From the NCBI GenBank assembly GCA_021772155.1, contig JADYXS010000383.1, positions 1-57,000 on the forward strand: DNA of 57,000 nucleotides, written 5' to 3'. Position numbers and translations under genes: made by a program. The stretch is from Candidatus Obscuribacter sp. (GTDB lineage Bacteria; Cyanobacteriota; Vampirovibrionia; Obscuribacterales; Obscuribacteraceae). Below the pieces are notes generated by a model. The model was given only the letters and a program-made list of their open reading frames with translations. It was not told the origin of the DNA and ran no database searches. How positions within the stretch are numbered: position 1 is the stretch's first letter; every line of letters starts with the position of its first letter. Of this stretch, positions 1-7,792 are shown one piece after another.

Positions 1-283
1 AAAGCGAGTTATCTGATTGGGATGACGGAGGAGCCTTTATGGCAACAATGAAAATAGGCGATGACTTATCGTTGACACCTACTCGATTACCACCATCAAG
101 CATATTTGACAGCTGATAACGGTCGTTAATGGACTCCAGCTCCGGAGAGGTTTTGGCAGATAACTGCCAGACGGACCAAAGAGCTAGTCCAGCCAGCGCA
201 CCGACGCCAATTCTTACGTTACGTAATCCGTGTTTGACCATCCACCAGCCTGCATCGGACGGGAGTATATTACCAGTCACCAC
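1..283 (-). CDS. partial hypothetical protein (N-terminal part only, continues past left edge), one hydrophobic helix
   Basis: The reverse-strand frame is open from a GTG at 283 (alternative ATG at 241) to the window edge. The translation ..WWMVKHGLRNVRIGVGALAGLALWSVWQLSAKTSPELESINDRYQLSNMLDGGNRVGVNDK.. contains a TM-like stretch. It is absent from the ORF track because it has no stop in the window. No family recognised. Confidence 0.3.
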   Translation of the reverse strand, partial: MVTGNILPSDAGWWMVKHGLRNVRIGVGALAGLALWSVWQLSAKTSPELESINDRYQLSNMLDGGNRVGVNDKSSPIFIVAIKAPPSSQSDNSL

Positions 284-419
284 AGTGCATTCTAACAGCT
301 AGGGTGAACCCTAATTCCAGTTGGCGTTGATCCCGTTCCTTGAGCAGCCGACCGAGAGCAAGATGTCTTCATTCCCCTCTTGGCGCTCAAGCAGCGGATA
401 AACATTGGAGAAAACTTGG

Positions 420-1166
420 ATGAACAAAAAACAGAATGTATCTCTTAGGAACGAACTGGTTTGTAACACACCGATGATCGATTGCTTTACCGGCGGCAAC
501 GACTTGATACAAGTAGTGAGTCGAGTAGCTTTAGCGTCTGCCGCCTTCACAGTGGCAAGCATTGCATTCCAAATGGCCTTGTGCGTTTCGTTTCTGAAGT
601 TTTGGTGGGATCCGCCAGTGATAGTCGCTATGAACGTAATAACAGTTGTGTACATGGTGTCAATTTTGGTACCAGCGGCGTTACTTCTGTCCTGGATTTA
701 TCGATACAACCAACCATCACCCTGCCAAGAAAGACGAGTTACAACTAGAGCCAACGCTAGGCAGACTTTCGATCTGTGCTTAGCAGCCTTAGGTTCAATC
801 AATGCCGATATTATCGAGACTGACGAAGAGGCAGGCAGAATCAAAGCTGTCCGCCCGGCGCGCAGGCATGCGCGAAGCCAGGAGATTAGCATCTCGCTTT
901 CTCATTCGTCCGAAGATTCAACTGTAGCTGTCATAAATAGCAAGGCCATCTTGAATCCGATTGAAGCCTTGCTGTTCGGTTATTCTTTGGCCGTCGATGG
1001 TGGAGCCAGTGAAAAGAACGTCAAGCAGGTGAGTTCGTTTCTTAAGTGGCACATGGAGTTAGCTCCAGGTGTGCGATTGCCGGTACCGGGCTGTAGAGAA
1101 GTGGTTCTTTCGGATGACAGCTACACTGAACAAAACAAGCTTCGTGAGCCCTGTAGAGCTCAGTGA
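420..1166 (+). CDS. hypothetical membrane protein (two predicted TM helices)
   Basis: Track ORF 405..1166 starts at TTG. An in-frame ATG at 420 follows GGAG at 407-410. Hydrophobic segments are VALASAAFTVASIAFQMALCVSF and VIVAMNVITVVYMVSILVPAALLL. No recognisable family. A competing 114-aa antisense ORF (311..655) makes the coding call only moderate. Confidence 0.4.
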   Translation: MNKKQNVSLRNELVCNTPMIDCFTGGNDLIQVVSRVALASAAFTVASIAFQMALCVSFLKFWWDPPVIVAMNVITVVYMVSILVPAALLLSWIYRYNQPSPCQERRVTTRANARQTFDLCLAALGSINADIIETDEEAGRIKAVRPARRHARSQEISISLSHSSEDSTVAVINSKAILNPIEALLFGYSLAVDGGASEKNVKQVSSFLKWHMELAPGVRLPVPGCREVVLSDDSYTEQNKLREPCRAQ

Positions 1167-1200
1167 ATCAGTCAGCTTTCGGTGAAAACCGCATTTAAAG

Positions 1201-4200
1201 TCAGGCCGCTTTCTTAGAAATAGTTTGAGCTTTCAGCTCCGCGGACTTTGCCGCCAGGTACTTGTACTGCCGCGAGTTGTCTCCAAAATCCTTGGCCGCA
1301 AGCTCCATGGCCTGAGAAAGCAACTCACCGGCTTGTTTTATTGCCGCCTGCTGTTCATCACCTTGCAAGCAAAGGCTCTTTGCAAAAGCAACGTGAAATT
1401 TCAAGTGTGCAGATTCAAATTTTGCCGACGGATCAAGCTTGCCGATTTCCGCCTGAACAATCGCCGACAATTGCCGAATGTGCGCATCCAGCGCTTCCGG
1501 CTCCTTAGAATCTTTCCTAAGCTGCCGGCACAGTTTCGCGTCGTAAACCAATCTATCGACACCAAGCGTCGCCATTTCCACTCTTGCACTGGCGATCTTG
1601 ATGCCTAGCTCCTTTTCATACGGATGCGCGAGTCGCTCTGCCTCAAGCATCTTCAAGTGCTCCTGGGCTCTGCTATGCGCTTGAAACATGAGGGCGCTGC
1701 CGGACACAGAGAGTCCTCTTGTAGACGGCGACAATTTAAGTGTTTGCACGATCTCATCGACTTGCTCGCTCCGCTCGGCACTTTGCGGCTGGTAACAGTA
1801 TTCTCCTAACAGATCGGCTAACTTCAAAGATTGAGTAGCTCTAGGAACTGCGGTTTGATCAGATGGATTCATGCGAATTTGAAGCTTGGCGTATTGCGCC
1901 AGAGCAATTGCCATTAGAGGCACGTCTCCGCTGTTCTGGTGCAGTCCTACCAATCGACTAGCCTCAGTGTGCGCAGCACTGGTCAGGTCGCGAGAATTGT
2001 ACGTTCCCGCTTTCGGTGAAGCTAGTTCCGAAAACGCCTTCGGGTTGATCTCAAAAGCTTGAAACGCTTTCTGGAAGAATTCATTCGCCCTTTTTAGTCC
2101 CTGCGCATCGGTTGTAGCGGCATTAGCTAATGCTATTCCGGCTGCCGCGGCGGCATCGCCATATTTATGCAGCTGTTGCCTGACGACCTTCACGGCGATT
2201 TCGTCTGCTGGCTGATCGGACAAATATTTGAGAGCGAAGGCGAAAGGGTCGCCTTCGATCGCCTTTCCCGACACCTTTTCGAGTGTTGCCCGAAGATTCG
2301 TTGCTTGTTCGAGCAAAGCATTCTCCGGCACCGTTACATCAGCGCGATATCTGGCGAGCAAGCGAACGCAATCGAGCTGGACTGCTTTATCTGAAGTATT
2401 TGCCGCAATTCCGAAGACGGTTTGTGTCTCTCCTAGCACCGCCGCAGCAGCCAAACGTACTGCGTCCTCGTATTTTGAATCCAACAAATCATACATGACC
2501 GTCAATCGCGGGTCGTTGTTTCCTTTGAAAGGAATGCCCTTTGTTGCTTGAAAAATCTGTTCGATACCCGTGTGTACAGTCTCGTCGTGCCCAACTGCGT
2601 TGCTCGACTTTTTCTCAAGTGCGGAAAGATTTTTCGGTAGTAAGTCTGCTAATTCGGCAGGTGTCATTCGTCTGTCGGCCATCGGCATACGGTCCCAGAG
2701 CTTATTTACGCTGCCCCAGTTCGTCTCCAGTGATTCCTGCGCAACAGTTTTGACATGGGCCGGGGTGCGAATGTTTTCCGCCTCCCCTTTCTGGAAATCG
2801 GCGGCAGCATGAGACTTGATTGAGTTTCGAACCTTGGCCCATTCAGGATCGAATCGCTCAAAGGAAGTAGGACCAAATTTCTCTCGCAGCCTAATGGTGG
2901 CAACTGTTGTCAGCGGCAGCTGGTCTGATTTTATGTCGCCTAGGACAGCACCAAGAGCCTTCACCGTATCACGTTTCATTTCTGGGGAGCAATCCGGGCG
3001 AGAAAGCAATGCATCTAAGCCGTCAATCAGCTGTACGCGAGCATAATCCGAAGCTCGCGATCCTTTAGTGGCTACCGCAACCGCGCCGATCTCGGTGGTC
3101 TGTCTATCTACAGTCAAAGCATCAAGAATTGTCGAGCGCAGAATATCTTCGCGGATTTGTCCATCATGTTTTACGCACAATTCTTTGAGCTGGTGCGCTA
3201 TCTTATATTCGGCTGTGAACCAAGGGTCTGAATCCGGCACACCTGGGAATTTGCCTGTTCTACCCATCTGCCAGTTTGCCGTCCGATTACGAATACGGTC
3301 AATTTCTGCTGCGCTGTATTTTCCGCCATCATTCATGTGTTTGAAGAATGGATCTCCCATTTGAGATCCATTCTTTACCAGATAGCCCATATAGAGCGCA
3401 GCGCGCTCTCGTTCGCTCACTTTCAGGCTACCGTTTTTATCACCTAGCTCAATGGTGCGATCGGTACCACCGGTGCGGGTCTTGTCGGCCAACCTGCCTA
3501 CTCGTTGCTCGAACTGTTTCAAGGCAGCGTTTTGCGCATCGAGTTCCCAGCCAATGCATGATTTCCAGTCGCCCTTTTCGCGGCTGACGGCCCAAGCGTC
3601 AACCAATCTGACGTGTGGTTCTTTGTCCAGATATCGCAGGCAGAGAGTGTTATCTTTGTCGATATAGTCGAGGATATTTGATTGCTTCAGAAGCAACTTG
3701 AAGTCGGAATCTGTTTGTAGTCCTGCCAGAAGGTTTGCCTCGATAATACCGGGTCGGTTTTGGCCAGTGCGGATTCTATCCACAGCTTCCCGACTCAATT
3801 GAGATGATCTATCGGCGATGCTGCCGGATGCGATGTGATATCGCTGAAGGAGTTCTCTTGCGGCTACATTTGGTTCTGTTGTTGCAAGCGGCGCAAGAAT
3901 GGACTTCCTTTCGGATGCGGTGGGCACCAGCGTTTCAATGGCCTTGATTGCTTGCAGCCGGACTGCTTCTGACTTTTCGCCGGCCGGCGAAAGCAACGGT
4001 TTGATCGTGTCAATGACGGACTTATCACCAGGCGAAGCGAAGGCCGTCAATGCCTTGAGCGCCTCGACCTTTACTTCGGCGAATTGATTGTTGGCGGACA
4101 GTGCCTGGCATAGCATTCCGCAAAAGACGTTCTTATTGAGTGGAGTTTCGTTGGCAAAGAACTGTTTCGCCGCCTGAATGGCATGCACGCGCAATATCGC

Positions 4201-7200
4201 ATCGTCGATTGCGGAGTCAGTGGAGCCACTTGTATCAGTGCGGCAAATTAAATCTTCCAATGCCGCTTTCATTTTTTTGTATTGCGTGACGCCAATCGAC
4301 CTGGATTTTTCCAGCCGAGCAAGCAGAGTAAGTCCCGAATCCGAGTCTTCTTCCATCAAAATTGACAATGCGCGGTCGGCAACCGCCGACTGTTTCGAAT
4401 CTAAACATTCGATCAATATCCCGACGTGCTTTGCCACATGCTCACTGTCATTGGCTTTGATGGACATTCGCAAAACTCGTTCTGCCGCTTCGACACGGCG
4501 CTCTTCCGATGCAGCTGAATCGCCGGCACTTTCCAGGTCCTGCCTTCTCCACTGTACTTCTTTCTCGGAACTCAGTCCCAAATTCGCAGAGCCAAAGACC
4601 TCCTGGTAGCGCCGTTTGTCGACTTCGTCGATTGAATTCTTGCTCAGAAAATCATATGCGAATTGTGCGGTCGCACTAACTTTGGATTCCTTGCTTGATT
4701 CGGCAACTTGTCGGAGTTGCCCCATCAAGTCTGCTGAGGCTGTGCCGGCAGCCAAACCTTTCGCTACGTACTGGTGATCTTGAGGCATGTGTTGACGCAG
4801 CGCCTCTTCCAGTTTTAGCCTGTTGATAGCCCCCAAGAGATGTGCAATCGATTCTAGTTTTTCTTCGGTCGGTCCGTCTTTCTTCAGGCTCGCCACTAGC
4901 ATAGAACCGTACGCTTCGGTCGAGAGCAAGCCGACATCGCGAAGCGCTGACGCACGCCCGAGTGATATGCCACCATTCTTTACGTCGCCAATTTGGGGCG
5001 TCAGGTAGCGGAGAACTTCCTCGCTCGTGATGGTCTGCTCAATCTGTTTGGGACCAACTATTTGTTGGTGCTTGCCTCCGTTCTCATCGTAGCTAACCTT
5101 GGTGTAAATAACGTTCTCGGCTCGTTTGGCCACGGTTTGAGGCAGGGTGCCATCTTCGGATTTTCCTAGTAATGCCATTGCCAGTGCAGCCATTTCTCTG
5201 ACTGCGGGGCTTGCCAGGCTATTGTCCTTGGTGGCATTTGCATTCAATTCTGCTTCCGAAATTTCATCTGTTCTGCCGTTTTGCTTTTCCGACATCTTCG
5301 CGCCGGAGTACCGGAAACAGCTGAGAAGCTCATTCAGGTATTCCTGTCTTTTTTCCTTCGTTACCTCGGGTTTGCTGAGGTCAGAAACCTTTTCGATAAT
5401 TTCATCGGTCCGCTTCTTGTCGGCCTCACTCAAGTTGCCCATTGTCTTGCGATATTGCTCAAGATGGTCCTTGATGATCAAGCTGCGCAATGGATCCTCG
5501 CGATACAACTGTCCCATCGCCTTGGTATCGCCGGAAGCAGCTTTTATCGTGGCATCAATGCCTTTGTCCAGCGCTGCGTTTGACGGATGCCTTTTCAGCA
5601 GCATGACAGCTTGCGTTTGTTCAGCCATGAACTGCACAAGAAACGCTTTGTCGCTATACGAAAATGCCTTGCCGGCCGTTTTTTCCAGTCCTTTCCATCC
5701 TCCTCCCAATTGATCGATTGAGGAGCTCCGCGCCGCTTGCGTTGCTTTGCCTACGACCGATGCTTCTTCCACTACGCCAACCAGTTTCGGAATACCGGTC
5801 ATGTTGAAAACGGCCCTGCCGGCTTGTCCCAAGAAGTAACAGCTGCGAGCCGTACTCAGAGCATTAAGGGCAGCGTTTTCCGAGCCGCCGGCGTTGTGGA
5901 ACACGCCTGTTCCGCCGAGCACAACGTGGAATGCGCCCTTTGCCATCTGCTTCTGAAGGATTTCGCGCGGAATCGTTTGCGCAGCTTCTCCGGCCAACGT
6001 CCGCCCGCCGATGGAAATTGCCTCGCGTGAGCCCATTCGAATTGCTTGTCGAGCGGCGGCAAACTCCACTCCTCCGGATGCAATCATGGCGACATCCATT
6101 GTTAGAACTATGCCTTTAGCGCCGTAATGTTTTACCTGCTGCCACGCTTTCCACTCTGCGAGATCTTTTGCCTGAATCAATTCGACGCGATTCATGCCGG
6201 TCTGCACAGCGATGTAATCGTCGAGTTTGTAAGTTTTCGGCTTGGAGTCAATCTGATCGACGGTCGTGCCGAGTGTATTCAGATAGCCGTAAGGAGGAAT
6301 CTTTTCGAATTTGTTATGCGTGGTGACTTCTATCCCGCGGACTTGTCCGAAGCCATCTTTCTTCTCGTTAATGGACATGTCGAAGCTAATCAGATTGAAT
6401 GGCTCGAATCCTTCAGCCGGTACGCCATCCGTCTTGAACTGATGCGTCTTTGGGTTGACCTGACCATTTGCGATTTCCACTTCACCAAATGATGCTATTT
6501 GTGTTAGGTCTTTCCCGGCTTCGGCTGCCACTTGCATGGCTTGTTCCAGATACTTATCGCTCCATTGCTGAATTGCCGCAATTTTCGGCTTGTTTACCGC
6601 GCTTTCCAAGCTCATGTTGGCGATGAGAAGCGGACCGAACTTCACATCGATAGCACCCTTCTCTTTGTGAGAGATTGTCATTCCTGGTGGCAGATTCTCA
6701 AAGGCATCGGTGGCGAAGCCCTTATTGCTGCGCTTGAGATGGTTGAGCGCTTCGGCGATATTGATCGCTCGCGCATACACGCCCTCGGTGTTTTCGAATG
6801 CCGCGCACCATGTTTCTTTGTCCATTCCTGCTGGACGGCGCCACGACTCTGGATAACGTCCTTGCTGAATTCCCTTTTCCAGCTTATTGGCGAGGAACTC
6901 TTCCATCATGTCGGTGCGCTTATTATGGATGGTTGCATCGGCTGATTTCAGCCAATCGGACACTTTGCGCAATTTGGCAATCTGTTCTGATACCATATCG
7001 GCTTTGGAGCCTGAATCCGGCAACTTGATTTGCAGATCGGCCTTGCCTTGAACCAGCTCCTGGCGGAATTGTTCTTGAGTTTTGATGACATCAGTAGTTG
7101 AACCGATGATTCGAACATCCAAGCCAGTTGGAAGCGAGAGATTATTTGCGGCCAGCTCCGCGACTTTGTGCGGAATTGCTGCCTGCGCATAAAATTTGGT

Positions 7201-7572
7201 CAATAGGTCAAAGCCTTCGCGTGTGGCTCCATCGAATTTCGGCTTCGTCAGATATTCGCTGCCACTCTTTAATGGATCATCAACAGCAAGCTCCGAGTTG
7301 ATGCGCTGTTTAAATGCTTCTCTTGCTTTTTGATCGGGAATCAAGATGTCCAGGTTTTCCAGGATCAAAATTTGCAGCTGACTAATTCGCTGCAGATCGA
7401 CCCGCTCTTTGTCAGTGAGCGTCGGCGGAGTGAACCTTTCTCGCGCGACCTTCGAATAATCTTTCATTGCCGGTATCAGATCATCGTAAATCCTCGACTG
7501 ATCGTGGTCCTCGGTTAACCCGTTTTCTGACCTGTCGACCGGTAAGTTCTCCAAAGCAGGCTTGTCCGCCAT
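1201..7572 (-). CDS. giant (2123 aa) orphan protein with HEAT/ARM-like and TPR-like helical repeats and an internal Gly-rich hydrophobic core
   Basis: A single uninterrupted 6.4-kb ORF, with AGGGG 9 nt upstream of the ATG. There is no signal peptide. HEAT-like stretches include VKVEALKALTAFASPGDKSVIDTIKPLLSPAGEKSEAVRLQAIKAIETL. The C-terminus has TPR-like helices. Residues ~485-610 are Gly/Ala/Val rich (GIVLTMDVAMIASGGVEFAAA, AFHVVLGGTGVFHNAGG). I recognise no catalytic motif. All plus-strand ORFs inside it are short shadow ORFs. Confidence 0.9.
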   Translation of the reverse strand: MADKPALENLPVDRSENGLTEDHDQSRIYDDLIPAMKDYSKVARERFTPPTLTDKERVDLQRISQLQILILENLDILIPDQKAREAFKQRINSELAVDDPLKSGSEYLTKPKFDGATREGFDLLTKFYAQAAIPHKVAELAANNLSLPTGLDVRIIGSTTDVIKTQEQFRQELVQGKADLQIKLPDSGSKADMVSEQIAKLRKVSDWLKSADATIHNKRTDMMEEFLANKLEKGIQQGRYPESWRRPAGMDKETWCAAFENTEGVYARAINIAEALNHLKRSNKGFATDAFENLPPGMTISHKEKGAIDVKFGPLLIANMSLESAVNKPKIAAIQQWSDKYLEQAMQVAAEAGKDLTQIASFGEVEIANGQVNPKTHQFKTDGVPAEGFEPFNLISFDMSINEKKDGFGQVRGIEVTTHNKFEKIPPYGYLNTLGTTVDQIDSKPKTYKLDDYIAVQTGMNRVELIQAKDLAEWKAWQQVKHYGAKGIVLTMDVAMIASGGVEFAAARQAIRMGSREAISIGGRTLAGEAAQTIPREILQKQMAKGAFHVVLGGTGVFHNAGGSENAALNALSTARSCYFLGQAGRAVFNMTGIPKLVGVVEEASVVGKATQAARSSSIDQLGGGWKGLEKTAGKAFSYSDKAFLVQFMAEQTQAVMLLKRHPSNAALDKGIDATIKAASGDTKAMGQLYREDPLRSLIIKDHLEQYRKTMGNLSEADKKRTDEIIEKVSDLSKPEVTKEKRQEYLNELLSCFRYSGAKMSEKQNGRTDEISEAELNANATKDNSLASPAVREMAALAMALLGKSEDGTLPQTVAKRAENVIYTKVSYDENGGKHQQIVGPKQIEQTITSEEVLRYLTPQIGDVKNGGISLGRASALRDVGLLSTEAYGSMLVASLKKDGPTEEKLESIAHLLGAINRLKLEEALRQHMPQDHQYVAKGLAAGTASADLMGQLRQVAESSKESKVSATAQFAYDFLSKNSIDEVDKRRYQEVFGSANLGLSSEKEVQWRRQDLESAGDSAASEERRVEAAERVLRMSIKANDSEHVAKHVGILIECLDSKQSAVADRALSILMEEDSDSGLTLLARLEKSRSIGVTQYKKMKAALEDLICRTDTSGSTDSAIDDAILRVHAIQAAKQFFANETPLNKNVFCGMLCQALSANNQFAEVKVEALKALTAFASPGDKSVIDTIKPLLSPAGEKSEAVRLQAIKAIETLVPTASERKSILAPLATTEPNVAARELLQRYHIASGSIADRSSQLSREAVDRIRTGQNRPGIIEANLLAGLQTDSDFKLLLKQSNILDYIDKDNTLCLRYLDKEPHVRLVDAWAVSREKGDWKSCIGWELDAQNAALKQFEQRVGRLADKTRTGGTDRTIELGDKNGSLKVSERERAALYMGYLVKNGSQMGDPFFKHMNDGGKYSAAEIDRIRNRTANWQMGRTGKFPGVPDSDPWFTAEYKIAHQLKELCVKHDGQIREDILRSTILDALTVDRQTTEIGAVAVATKGSRASDYARVQLIDGLDALLSRPDCSPEMKRDTVKALGAVLGDIKSDQLPLTTVATIRLREKFGPTSFERFDPEWAKVRNSIKSHAAADFQKGEAENIRTPAHVKTVAQESLETNWGSVNKLWDRMPMADRRMTPAELADLLPKNLSALEKKSSNAVGHDETVHTGIEQIFQATKGIPFKGNNDPRLTVMYDLLDSKYEDAVRLAAAAVLGETQTVFGIAANTSDKAVQLDCVRLLARYRADVTVPENALLEQATNLRATLEKVSGKAIEGDPFAFALKYLSDQPADEIAVKVVRQQLHKYGDAAAAAGIALANAATTDAQGLKRANEFFQKAFQAFEINPKAFSELASPKAGTYNSRDLTSAAHTEASRLVGLHQNSGDVPLMAIALAQYAKLQIRMNPSDQTAVPRATQSLKLADLLGEYCYQPQSAERSEQVDEIVQTLKLSPSTRGLSVSGSALMFQAHSRAQEHLKMLEAERLAHPYEKELGIKIASARVEMATLGVDRLVYDAKLCRQLRKDSKEPEALDAHIRQLSAIVQAEIGKLDPSAKFESAHLKFHVAFAKSLCLQGDEQQAAIKQAGELLSQAMELAAKDFGDNSRQYKYLAAKSAELKAQTISKKAA

Positions 7573-7792
7573 GATCGAAAACCCCTAGTAAGTAACGCCA
7601 CCAAGCACTGGGTGCTGTTAGCTGGAGACGGTCATTGGACCGCCATGCTGACAATATATGGACGGCTTGTGTTCGTTTGGTGAAGTGAATATGCTTTTGC
7701 CGATGGGATTGCCTGTAACACCAATTGCTCACAAATGGTGGACATAATCGACGCAGCGAAATCCCGGATAACCGCTGTTACTAGGCGTCTTT

